A stretch of DNA of 64,000 nucleotides from Trypanosoma brucei (lineage: Eukaryota). Below, piece by piece: positions 44,869 to 54,955 of this stretch. The notes beneath the pieces were generated by a model, which saw only the letters and a list, made by a program, of their open reading frames with translations, did not search any database and was not told the DNA's origin. Position 1 is the stretch's first letter; every line of letters starts with the position of its first letter. Both the position numbers and the translations under genes were made by a program. Location of the stretch: assembly GCA_000002445.1 (NCBI GenBank), contig CP000071.1, forward strand, positions 992,001-1,056,000, in the 5' to 3' direction.

Positions 44869-47800
44869 ATGAACTTCTTATCCCAGATTTACACCGACAG
44901 TTGTTACAAGAGCTACCTTGATAATGAGCCTCCCTTCTTGGTTGCCGTCGTCAGTGGAAAGCGGCTATGCATATCTGAGGGATTGTCTCGCATGTCAAAT
45001 CAGTCGTCACTCTTTCACATCAAATATTTTCCAGACCTGAGATCGCTCCCCACGAAGCAAAAGGCTGCAGGTGCACCTCTTCCGAGTGCACTCGGTGTTC
45101 TGAAAAGCGACTGGTGCACGAGGCATTTACATTCCAGGTTTAGCTGCGTTATTTTTAGCCTGGATTGGGAAACGGTGAGCGATGTCGCAATGGATGAGAT
45201 TGGGAATTCCAGCATGTGGGACCAACTGCTGGCGTGGACACGCACACTGCGAAGCAAAATTATTGTCGCACTCGCAACTGAGAAATGTTCCAATGAAGGA
45301 GAGGATGTGAAAGAAAAACTAGAAACACTGCAACGAGTACTCAAACAGAGGCTAGGGGATGATTTTAATGAGCTGATAATTTTATTCAAACTAGGGATGG
45401 AAAGGGAGAGCGCGGAACGCCTCTACCATATGTTGAAGAAAACATCAACGGCATATCACATGGAGGAGTTGGCTCGCATTAGGAACAAGCCACCGGAACC
45501 AAATTACCGTGCAGTGCGATTGGGGTTCAAGGCCGGGTGGCACTCTCTTGTTGTGCGTGATTTGGGTGCGGCTGTAAAGCATTTTACCAACGCTTATAAC
45601 TGCCTAAGAGATGTTGCCCCTCCTCAGTCACCGATGGAATTGCGCATGTGCGGCACGGTCATTATTATGCACTTACTGAATGCTGCCAAAGCTCTGTCCG
45701 ATGTTAGCTTTGAGGATTTATATTATGGTATGTGTGAGGATCATATCGTATGGTTGGGACAGATCACTCCTTCTACTGGTGAGAACTTTACCATGGTGCA
45801 GTTTCTGAAACCGTTGCTTATTGCTGAGTGCCATTACTGGTTAGCGAAGAATACCTGCCATGCGGTGCCTGTTGCTTCGATGGGCCATCTTTGCGCATGT
45901 ATGTTTGCTTATGAAGATGCTCTTAAGGTAAATCGGTCACTTGAGACTTCTGCACAGCAAACTGTGGCGCCTGTTCTGATTGGTGTGGAGTGCTGCTCAG
46001 AGGCGCACGTTAATATTTGCTCACTCAGTGGAACCTCGGATGCTCTCACGAAACGAGTGGGTGAATTGTTGAGCGAATGTGCGTCCTTGACCGTGCCGAC
46101 GGTAGAACTGCTTTACACTTCGGCGCGGCTGAATGTCATGCTTCGAAGGACTGATGAAGCACTGTATTCACTGGAGATGTTGTGGGAACACGGTGTTAAG
46201 TCGTACGAAGGTGCTAAGGTTATTCACGGGTTGCTAATAGAATTGTCGAAGTCAGTACCCGACGAATTAGTAGAAAAGTGTTCCAGGGAGGTCACTCTTT
46301 CTTACGCCTCCTTGTCCTTTGGACCTGGTGCGGAGGAAAGTCAAAGGCGATTTCGTGATTCATTTGCGAAGATGATGTCTAGTTTTTCACTTGACAGTTT
46401 TCTTTCATATCCGCACAAAGGGTATTACGCTCCCTTTAACATCTTCTGCGGTTTCAGTGAGGTACATGGGGATGATTCAATGCATGAGTTGGTAATGGTG
46501 TTCCGCACACATTCCATTGACAATGTAAATGTGGACTCCCTTTGCGTCAATCTTTCTCGAATGCGTGATAACAAATTGGATAGTTGGGCCAAGCAGACTT
46601 CCGTTGATAGGTCTGTTGAGCTGTGCTCATGTAACTCCAGTAGCGTTTCTGCTCTTTTCGACTTGAGAGAACCAGGGGTTTATTATTGTTCACGCGTTCA
46701 GGGCCGTGTGAAATGTGGCGATATCTGCTTGAATGTAGAGTGGAGTTTTGATGATACCTCTGTTGAAAATTATTTTCTACAGCACGGTCAATTCAAAAAA
46801 TGGGGTGTTAGCTGTTCTCAATGCACGCCATGGGTTTGCGTGGCGGAACCGATATGCCACATTGAGGTTCATGCACCCGATTACATCGTGGGTGTCGAAG
46901 GCGAAGTTGTGGAGGTGGATGTAGTGATTGATACCAATAGCGATCTGAGGGATGACACGAGCTTTGTTTTGACTCACCTCCCCGCAGTTTATGAGTTCGT
47001 TGGGTGTGATGCTGGAAATTGTTCTTTGAAGGAGCGTTGCGACGGTGGGAAAGGGTACGTGAGTCTTCTCTTGAACAACCTCCCGCCCATACTGTGCGGT
47101 AGTCCTTCGCGTCTGACAATGAGATATAAATGCAACAGAGCGGGGAAGTACGTCATCCCCATTACTTTTTGTGCCCTTTCCAACACAAGCGCAAAGGTGG
47201 AAATAACGAAGAACGTTCAGGCGCACATTTCCTGCCCCTTTATACCGTCATACACCCTTTTCAAAAGCATTCCATGGACTATGGAAGCTCAAAATACAAA
47301 TGATGGTGGAACATCCCTCGTCACGCTGGAGGTGCCTGAAGTATCTTCCCCATTCGTACGGAGCGGGTCATATACTCTACTCCGCCCTCAGGATTATATT
47401 AATGAGGATCTTAGTACTCTCCACGGTAACAGAAGTGTCACGCTCTACGGTGCATTCACCAATAGGGAGAAGTGTGGTGATATTAACTTCTCAAAAGGGG
47501 AGACTATTGTAGTAGTGATGACCATGGAATGCCGCGCTTTTCAAGGTTTAACTCTATCGTCTTTCGACGCAGTTGTTTCTGATAATGTGGTGCTGCTCTC
47601 CCTAACCGCCGGCACTCTTCCGTTTCAAGTTGACTACATGGAATCATTCACAGTAACAGCCAAACTTCGTGTGTTGAGGACGGGAAGGGTTTCGCTGGGG
47701 TTTGTGCGTATGCTCATTTCACCAGGTTCAAGCACACAGCGCATTGTATCCGACGTTTCCTTGCCTGAGGTTGAGACCGATGATCACGTTCTTGAGTTAA

Positions 47801-48120
47801 CCCTGGAGTGTCCTTCAACCGTGGCGAGCGGTTCCTATGTTACTTTGGTTTGTAATGTTGTCAACAAAACCGCGATTCCTCAAAGTTGTCAGTTGACGCT
47901 GGAGAGAAATGGGGAGTTTTTCCTAGTGGGCGGGATAGAGCAATGGAACTTCCCCATTGGACCCCTTGCGGTTTACTCGACACGCATAGTTCTGAAACCC
48001 CTTGCTGTCGGCGTGCTCCAGCTCCCTTCACTCCACCTTAGACATTCATCAGGAGTGTCATTTGGAACCGTATCTTCCTTCCAGTTTGACTCTCAGAAAA
48101 TCTGCGTTTTGACGCCGTAG
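44869..48120 (+). CDS. Large hypothetical protein (1083 aa). The C-terminal third is Cys/beta-strand rich, possibly Ig-like sandwich domains.
   Basis: ATG-initiated long ORF on the PTU strand. No catalytic motif recognised. Confidence 0.6.
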   Translation: MNFLSQIYTDSCYKSYLDNEPPFLVAVVSGKRLCISEGLSRMSNQSSLFHIKYFPDLRSLPTKQKAAGAPLPSALGVLKSDWCTRHLHSRFSCVIFSLDWETVSDVAMDEIGNSSMWDQLLAWTRTLRSKIIVALATEKCSNEGEDVKEKLETLQRVLKQRLGDDFNELIILFKLGMERESAERLYHMLKKTSTAYHMEELARIRNKPPEPNYRAVRLGFKAGWHSLVVRDLGAAVKHFTNAYNCLRDVAPPQSPMELRMCGTVIIMHLLNAAKALSDVSFEDLYYGMCEDHIVWLGQITPSTGENFTMVQFLKPLLIAECHYWLAKNTCHAVPVASMGHLCACMFAYEDALKVNRSLETSAQQTVAPVLIGVECCSEAHVNICSLSGTSDALTKRVGELLSECASLTVPTVELLYTSARLNVMLRRTDEALYSLEMLWEHGVKSYEGAKVIHGLLIELSKSVPDELVEKCSREVTLSYASLSFGPGAEESQRRFRDSFAKMMSSFSLDSFLSYPHKGYYAPFNIFCGFSEVHGDDSMHELVMVFRTHSIDNVNVDSLCVNLSRMRDNKLDSWAKQTSVDRSVELCSCNSSSVSALFDLREPGVYYCSRVQGRVKCGDICLNVEWSFDDTSVENYFLQHGQFKKWGVSCSQCTPWVCVAEPICHIEVHAPDYIVGVEGEVVEVDVVIDTNSDLRDDTSFVLTHLPAVYEFVGCDAGNCSLKERCDGGKGYVSLLLNNLPPILCGSPSRLTMRYKCNRAGKYVIPITFCALSNTSAKVEITKNVQAHISCPFIPSYTLFKSIPWTMEAQNTNDGGTSLVTLEVPEVSSPFVRSGSYTLLRPQDYINEDLSTLHGNRSVTLYGAFTNREKCGDINFSKGETIVVVMTMECRAFQGLTLSSFDAVVSDNVVLLSLTAGTLPFQVDYMESFTVTAKLRVLRTGRVSLGFVRMLISPGSSTQRIVSDVSLPEVETDDHVLELTLECPSTVASGSYVTLVCNVVNKTAIPQSCQLTLERNGEFFLVGGIEQWNFPIGPLAVYSTRIVLKPLAVGVLQLPSLHLRHSSGVSFGTVSSFQFDSQKICVLTP

Positions 48121-48449
48121 TTTCTCAACTGTTGACTGTGTGCCGCCAATTGCTATGCGTCTCTGTGTGCAGGGGAACCAAGGCAACTTTGTGTCGTATT
48201 AAATTAATCTTTGTGTTCGGAAGGTCGTTGTTTGTTTCTGCACATACCTTGCTTTTTACGCTTATACAACGTCGACATTCTTCCTACCTTTCCTCCATTC
48301 TGTTGAAAGGTGGGTTGTAAACGCCACCGGGAGGGAGGGAGTTGCAGTCACTTTACGGTTGCCTATCGCCTGAAAACTGGTTGTCAGTAGAAGAAAACTT
48401 GAAGAAACCAAGAATAGGACGAGTAAAGAATATATATCGAAAAAGTAGT

Positions 48450-51293
48450 ATGTCTGTTGAGGAAGTTGATACATTACTTCAAGGTGTTGTTACGTGCGGG
48501 ACTAACGCTGATGAAGTGGCGCTTGAAAAGCTTCGCGAAATCCCTCTTCTGCAATTATCGCGCATGATGGGTAAATACCTCACAGGAGAAGAGCACGTTG
48601 TAAATGCAGTCCGTGTTCTGGGGCTTGCTACAGTGAATCGGCGCGACCGCACAATTGAAGAGGTCGATGTTATGCTGAGGTTTTTCTCCAGAAAGCTCTC
48701 TTCAATGCAAACGATCGCGGTTGCTGTGGAATCTACGGCCCTTCTTGTCAGAGAGCTGTCATCAGAGGGGCCATGTACCAGTGACGTTTTCAACGTTTTA
48801 CACACTGAGTTTTTGCAGAGCTTCAGTTTGCAAGCCCTCCCGACCAACGTCCGGAGTTGGGGGTACGACGTTCTTCGCTTTACTGTTACAAAAGAGACCG
48901 CAACGTGGTTCACCACCCCCTTTCTTCAAGTTGTCCTAAAATCTATGGATGAGGAAAATGAACCGGAGTTACTAATGCGTGCGCTTGAGTTACATCACAT
49001 AATTGCCTCTTATGCGAGAGAAGATGCCATGCAACCCTTGCTGGAGGAGTATTTTGACAGTATTTCTAGTTATTTCCCGGTGGTATTTTCACAACCACCC
49101 GGATGTAAGGTGTCGAAAGAGGATTTGCGGCGTGTCCTGTCGGCATGCATGACGCATCCCTTGTATTTGAACATTTGTGTCCCATTTCTGTTGTCAAGAA
49201 TGGCGTCCCCATCCTCTGTTGTTAAGCAGGAATCCACGAATGCGCTTTTAAACATTTTCTCGTTGGATTCGAGTCACACCACCGAGAGTTTGTGCCCGCA
49301 TGTGGTTTCTGTGACAAATCACATAAGGAACGAAGTCGTCCGAGCAGTATCACTCGGGTCTGGGGAATGTGAGCCGTACGTTAAGGACTGCGTACACGTA
49401 TTGAAGTTCATCTCCAAAAGAGCGCAGGATGTTTCGTTATCAATCGTCCGCTCGTGGCTAGAGCCAATGACGAGTGGCGCACTGGCTAGTTTGAGGTCGG
49501 GACCAGCTGTGTGTTCCGCCTATGCAACTATGTTCTATCACCTTGTCAGCAGTAGCACATGCTGCGGTGCGGCCACTGTGCAGTGCTTTTTGCTGCAGCT
49601 ACTGTCGAATACGCGGGAGGATAGTTTTGAAGTCGACGATGCGGTCCTCATCATTTCCGCCATACTTAGTGGGATTTTCGATGCGGGTAATGGTGGCGAA
49701 TGTGGAAAGAGGCCGCCCCCACAGCGTGATGTTAAAGAAGGTCTCGAAACCGTGAGTGAGAAATTGTTTCAACTTGTGGAGAAGTTGACCTTGTCACTGC
49801 AAAAGGCTGACGCATCTTCTGTGCATGTAAGGTGCGAGTTGCTTGCATCGCTGGTTACCCTTGCAGCATGGCTTCCACACTGGATGCCCGATGACACAGT
49901 TCTACTCATCTACAAGAGACTTATAGCACTTTGTCTCTGTGGAGATGAGGAAGTCGGCAACAGGGTTGTGAAGCATATCTCACGCATTGGCTCTGTCGAG
50001 GGAAATTTACTGAATGTTGCGCTGTTGGACATGCCTGCTGACATAAATCCCACAGCAGCCGGTATTCTTACACTCTACAAAGGCTTGTTAGGGTCGCAGG
50101 CCTCTTTATCACTAGCTGCCACAAAATCACTGTTAGAATGTCCAGAAGGTTTGTTCGGATTTACCCTTACCGAAAGGGATGTTTTTTCCTTGTGTCGCTC
50201 CAGTCTCTCTGCGCACGCGGACTACTCTACCGAAGATATTCGTTGCCTTCTGCTTTTGACCAAAAAGAGGAATTCTGTGGCAAGCTTTGACTATCTGTGC
50301 GATTTGCTCCTGCTGCTTCCCATTGCTTTCGTTCCATCTGTGCTTCAGGAGGTGGGGGGAGAGCAATGGGGTGTATTGACAGCTTCTCTAGTTTCATGTT
50401 TTGACATGGATGTCCTGGGTGCTTCGGATCACATAGAACATTGGATGTGCGAAGTTTTGGATGCAATGCGCAGCACACCGACAGATGTATTAACAATGCA
50501 GAGTGTGTCATTACTGTGTGCGCGGGTGCCCGGTGTCGCAGGTCGCTTTCTCGAAGCAGCGAAGCGGTTGAACCCAACCACGCAGCTCGCGGCGCGGGCA
50601 GCTGTTGCTCGTGGCCTGCTTGCTTGTGGTGTGGCAGAAGGCGGGATTATTGAACTAATCATCGAAGAAATTACCAACTCCCTTCGCAGTGGATACGTAC
50701 AGGATTGTTACGTTGATATACTGACGGGAGTGTTCGTGTTCTGTTATCAAGGGTGCAGAAAAACCACGACCCTCATTTTGCCTCTGGTGCATGCTGCCAC
50801 GAGGGGCAGCAAACCCGTTTCACTCGAGTTGCTGAGAGTTGTTGCAAAACTCCTCCAGGATGTGTCACCCACTTGTGGGTTGGAGTGGGGTGACATCGTC
50901 GAATTTTCCCGAAGAGTGTCGAAGCCACTGAATGAAGAGTTTGTCAACGAGCTTGTGGAGCTGCTCGACCTTGCTTTGTCTCAGATGGACCCGAAGAATG
51001 TGTTGGTAGAGGCACTTTTAGGAACCGACGACCTTCTGCCACTGGTGCTGAGTGGTGTTAGATCACCATTACTTAAGGTGCGGTGTACCTCGCTGCGTCT
51101 ATTGAGTGAGGCAGCCTTGTTTGTCATGCAGTTTTCATCAGAGAATGGTGACAGCGGCAACTCCTACATGAGCAGCGCGTTGCAGGTAAGAGACGAAGTT
51201 CTTCATGTGTCTCAGGTGGCATTGAATGATCACAAGCGGATGGTACGACGTAGTGCCGCTCAGTGCCGGCATCAGTGGTATAAATTAAAGTAG
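48450..51293 (+). CDS. MMS19: MMS19 homologue (HEAT-repeat component of the cytosolic Fe-S protein assembly targeting complex)
   Basis: 'YFPVVFSQPPGCKVSKEDLRRVLSAC...VPFLLSRMASPSSVVKQESTNALLNIF' parallels human MMS19 as I recall it ('YFPIDFTPPPNDPHGIQREDLILSLRAVL...LPLLIEKVDSEILSAKLDSLQTL'). The C-terminus 'RMVRRSAAQCRHQWYKL' parallels 'RLVRKEAVSARGEWFLL'. The track ORF starts at TTG 48342; first ATG at 48450. Confidence 0.75.
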   Translation: MSVEEVDTLLQGVVTCGTNADEVALEKLREIPLLQLSRMMGKYLTGEEHVVNAVRVLGLATVNRRDRTIEEVDVMLRFFSRKLSSMQTIAVAVESTALLVRELSSEGPCTSDVFNVLHTEFLQSFSLQALPTNVRSWGYDVLRFTVTKETATWFTTPFLQVVLKSMDEENEPELLMRALELHHIIASYAREDAMQPLLEEYFDSISSYFPVVFSQPPGCKVSKEDLRRVLSACMTHPLYLNICVPFLLSRMASPSSVVKQESTNALLNIFSLDSSHTTESLCPHVVSVTNHIRNEVVRAVSLGSGECEPYVKDCVHVLKFISKRAQDVSLSIVRSWLEPMTSGALASLRSGPAVCSAYATMFYHLVSSSTCCGAATVQCFLLQLLSNTREDSFEVDDAVLIISAILSGIFDAGNGGECGKRPPPQRDVKEGLETVSEKLFQLVEKLTLSLQKADASSVHVRCELLASLVTLAAWLPHWMPDDTVLLIYKRLIALCLCGDEEVGNRVVKHISRIGSVEGNLLNVALLDMPADINPTAAGILTLYKGLLGSQASLSLAATKSLLECPEGLFGFTLTERDVFSLCRSSLSAHADYSTEDIRCLLLLTKKRNSVASFDYLCDLLLLLPIAFVPSVLQEVGGEQWGVLTASLVSCFDMDVLGASDHIEHWMCEVLDAMRSTPTDVLTMQSVSLLCARVPGVAGRFLEAAKRLNPTTQLAARAAVARGLLACGVAEGGIIELIIEEITNSLRSGYVQDCYVDILTGVFVFCYQGCRKTTTLILPLVHAATRGSKPVSLELLRVVAKLLQDVSPTCGLEWGDIVEFSRRVSKPLNEEFVNELVELLDLALSQMDPKNVLVEALLGTDDLLPLVLSGVRSPLLKVRCTSLRLLSEAALFVMQFSSENGDSGNSYMSSALQVRDEVLHVSQVALNDHKRMVRRSAAQCRHQWYKLK

Positions 51294-51380
51294 TTGCGTA
51301 AGCCATATAAACCGTGTAAGTTTTGTTTTCTCAGTTTTGTTTCCCGCACATGAAGAGGAGGAGGCGCCGCCTGAGCTGGC

Positions 51381-51440
51381 TTTTTTTTTTTTGCGACTGA
51401 GCATAATAGTTGCTAGGTTTTCCCTTTTTTTTTCTTCTCA
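51381..51440 (+). promoter_or_regulatory. Polypyrimidine tract (T12...CCCTTTTTTTTTCTTCTC) with downstream AG. Putative spliced-leader trans-splicing acceptor signal for the thymidylate kinase gene.
   Basis: Sequence composition. Its position 15-70 nt upstream of ATG 51455 fits established trypanosomatid mRNA processing signals. Confidence 0.5.
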
Positions 51441-51454
51441 CGAAATATACATCA

Positions 51455-52492
51455 ATGGTGGCCGTGAACCGAAAAATTGTAGTTTTCACGGATGTTGAGG
51501 ACAAACAAGTCCTTGAGGTGATCAGAGAGGTAGCGGGTGATGCGGAAACTATACAGCTCGAAAAGTCTTTCGCTTACGAATTTATGTGGCGAGGGAAACA
51601 CACGCCTTACAGGGTTGGTACCCCCATGTGTTTTATTACTGAAAAGACAGTGGAGGATGCAGATGTCGTATTTGCTGTTTATTCAAAGCGTGTTCCCGTA
51701 CTTTCGCTTACCACTGGTGGCGAAACCACTAACTTACTTCAGACGATTTCCTCCCTCGGTATCGAGTGCAAACAAAATACTTCAGAGACATGGGCCGATG
51801 CTGTAAGAGCATTCTTGCCCAACAATGACTCAGAAAGTGCCGTAATTGTTTTTGGGGGTGGAGACGGTGCCGGGAAGGCCACCCAAACGGAGTACATGCG
51901 GAAACGGCTGGATAAGGAAGGAAAGGCTCACGCTAGTCTTGACTTCCCATCGGACAAACATCGATATGGGAAGCTCATTCGCAAAGTCCTATCAGGTGAA
52001 AGAGGCGCTTTACACGGTTTGGATCCTAAACTGTTCAGTTTGCTTTTTTCCTTGAATCGCTTTGACACTCTCCCGGAACTCAGGTACTGGTTGACACACG
52101 GGAAGAAGATTCTCCTCGACCGTTACTACACGTCCAACTTTGGTCACCAGGCCTCTAAGCTTGAGGAAAGTGAAAGGAGTGACTTCATCAGACACCTTGA
52201 GCAATTGGAATTGGAATGGCTTAAGCTTCCTCCCCCGGATGTCGCTCTTTATCTTGATTTGCCACCCGCAGCCGCGCTAGTGGCGATGCAAAGGGATGAG
52301 AAGCGTGAGTCGCTGGACATTCATGAGACGGCTGGCCTCTCCTACAAGGAAAATGTCAGGCAAACTTACGTTTGGTGCTGTCAGAACCAAAGGAATTGGG
52401 TTCAAATAGAATGTTGTAACGACGAGGGCGAACGCTATAGTCGTGAGAAAGTACACGAGATGATATACAATGCCGTCGCAAAACATATTTAA
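51455..52492 (+). CDS. TMPK: Thymidylate kinase (dTMP kinase) with a ~140-aa N-terminal extension
   Basis: P-loop 'VIVFGGGDGAGKATQ'. 'FPSDKHRYGKLIRKVL', 'LLFSLNRFD' and 'ILLDRYYTSNFGHQ' match the dTMP kinase core/LID pattern (IVFEGxDRSGKSTQ...FP.R...G..IR.YL...LLFSANRW...DRY.YS..AY). The track ORF starts at TTG 51410; first ATG at 51455. Confidence 0.8.
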   Translation: MVAVNRKIVVFTDVEDKQVLEVIREVAGDAETIQLEKSFAYEFMWRGKHTPYRVGTPMCFITEKTVEDADVVFAVYSKRVPVLSLTTGGETTNLLQTISSLGIECKQNTSETWADAVRAFLPNNDSESAVIVFGGGDGAGKATQTEYMRKRLDKEGKAHASLDFPSDKHRYGKLIRKVLSGERGALHGLDPKLFSLLFSLNRFDTLPELRYWLTHGKKILLDRYYTSNFGHQASKLEESERSDFIRHLEQLELEWLKLPPPDVALYLDLPPAAALVAMQRDEKRESLDIHETAGLSYKENVRQTYVWCCQNQRNWVQIECCNDEGERYSREKVHEMIYNAVAKHI

Positions 52493-54955
52493 ATGAGTTG
52501 GCACGTGCACTCGCTTTCACTGCAAGTGAATGTGACTCCATTATAGATTATTACCATCTTTTTTGGTTTATTAGTATCCAGTGGATGAAAATTGACTGTT
52601 GTCTCTTCCTTCTTCCATCTCCTCGAGTTTCTTTTTTTTTTCAGTTTCATGCCTAACATTTGTTTTCCTAAGCGCGTGTGTTTCTCGCTAAGTGAGAAGC
52701 TGTTGTGCTGTTCTACTCGCTATCTCTTTTTCTGTAACGCTAATTTTTGGTCTTTCTGTTTAGATTTTAACCCAATGTGGCTCTCCTCTACGAATGAGTG
52801 TGATTAAGTAGCAGTGAGTGACCTCCCGTGTAAAGTTGAGTGAAGGGACGGCATGGCTGCAACTGCCGTATTGTTTACTCGCCGTGCGACATGGCGGTGA
52901 CTCGCTACCAATGACGCAACCGCCTTCATATGTTGCACAGCGAGTTGGTGATACCGGCACGAGTCATTTTTGTAGTTTCTTTTTCTTTTTGGGGCTGTGT
53001 TTGTGTGTGTGTGTGTGTTGGTTGGGGATGGCGAAGGGTTGTGAGAGGAACTCAGAGAGAATTTCTCTGACAACAGATCGTCGTTGGGGTGACTGTGTTT
53101 AGTTTTGGGGGAAAAAATTCAAATGAGACAAACGCTGATGACCAAGTGGGGCTGCGGTAGACGATGACCTTTTTTTTCCCATATTCGATCGTGTGTGATG
53201 GGGAGAATTGTTGAAAAACTCTCAGCACCGGCAGTTTGCACGCGCCCCAAAGCTTTCCCTAGGCGTGGAGGTGCCTCCTTGTAAAGGTTCACACCACCTC
53301 TTGCCATTACCACCAAACTTACATTTTTCCTCCAGGGAATATCTGTAAATCGCCTCAACTACGGTGTAGTCGGTTGGCGAGTGTGAACGCAAATCGAGAA
53401 GGGGAAAAGACATGCAAACCATAGGCGCTGTGAAGGGCTGTTGTTTGGAATATGCGCATGCATCGTAGATTTGTATGCGTCTTCTCTAATATCACATAAA
53501 CGTCTTCTCATCACTACAGTCCTTCCAGGAATAAAATCTGATTTAAAGGGATTTCACGGCGCCGCGGGTGCGGCGTTTGACGCTATTTCCCCCTTTAGAT
53601 GCTTCATTCCCGTCGTGGTGGCGTTGCTTTCTCACCTTCGATCGGTTCGTATGTTTGTCTGTTCGACTGCGCCGCGTTTTTCTTCTCTCCCCATCCTCTG
53701 CGTACAGCACCGGCCTCAGAAGGTGACGGTTCTGTTCATTCTCACCATTATTTCCAGTATCATTGAGTATGCCGTACAAATCGTGGAACTTCGCAAGAAA
53801 TTGACCATTGATGTGTTGTTACTTTACTTATTGGAAATATGCTTTGATGATGTACAGTTCTCAAGTTCGTATGCACTCTTCGGTTCGCGGTAGACCCGCG
53901 GCTTCCATGCAAAGTCTGCCGTGTGTTGTGTTTCCAAAAACAACGTTGAGCGCTCGTTAGTGGTACCAACTCCCCGCGGTGGTGGTGTACTTTTTGTGTG
54001 AGTGTAAGTGGAAAAGTTTTGTAGATAAAGGGTTTGGTGACTTAGGAGGGAAGTAAATTTCGTGTTCTGTTTTTTTGGTGCTATTGAGTTGGGAAAAAGC
54101 CACGGAGATTCTCACCTCATAAGTGGTATTCCACATTTGTTTTTGCGGTGTTAATCACCGGAAAATGGGAGGCGTACGTGTGAAACATGGGCCTGCCATC
54201 CACTATATCAAAGAAAGGAGCGCCCGTAAGGGACAAAATTGCTTTGGTCCCCCTCATCCCTTCAGCCATATGGGATCTGTTTTGTCCATTTTAATCCATC
54301 CACCAGGCGGAAAACGTGTTGCCCTCGGAATACGGTACTTCTCGCCTACCACTACGACACCAATGCCATTAATAGCCCGTGTTTTTTTTTTCCACGTTTT
54401 CGTTTCGGGGCGCCGCAGTGTAATTTGGCTGCGTACCGGCGAAAAAAGTGGGGGCGTGTGTACCATTATCTATTGCCCTGTTTTTTCCCCCAGATGAGCG
54501 CGAGGGGAAAACCGTAGGGTACCAGTATGTGAATAGGTAACTTTATCATCAGTCAGTGGTTAGTGGGGCCGGCGAGCTGCGGGGGACTGAGTTCCCTATA
54601 TGCTGAAATAAATCCAGCTCATTCCCACCCCCACAAACGTGAGTTAAAACATAGCTGCTTTCCGGGACACGTATCATAAACACGGGTTTCACCACCGGTT
54701 GATGCTGGACGTTCGTGGAAACTGTGTGATTGGTCGGTGGGATGGGACACGAGTGCGTGAATATTTAAGCGTGGGTGGTGGTATTCCGACTGCTAAATCG
54801 TTCTCAGTTTGTGCATCTCGCACGTTTTCTCTGGAGCTTCACATTTAACCCCCTGGGGTGTTATTCGCACCTGAGGTTGTCTTTGAAGGCAGCAGTGGAT
54901 TCATTTATAAGGCTAGGGATATTTGACACGGCATCCGCCGGGTACCACGTAGGTA

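Noticed and set aside
53441-53893. 150-aa and 124-aa ORFs in the 2.4-kb gap between the TMPK and coiled-coil genes (53441..53893, 54123..54497)
   Set aside because: They are TTG-initiated in the track. The ATG-initiated remainders are under 80 aa, have no motifs and have biased composition.
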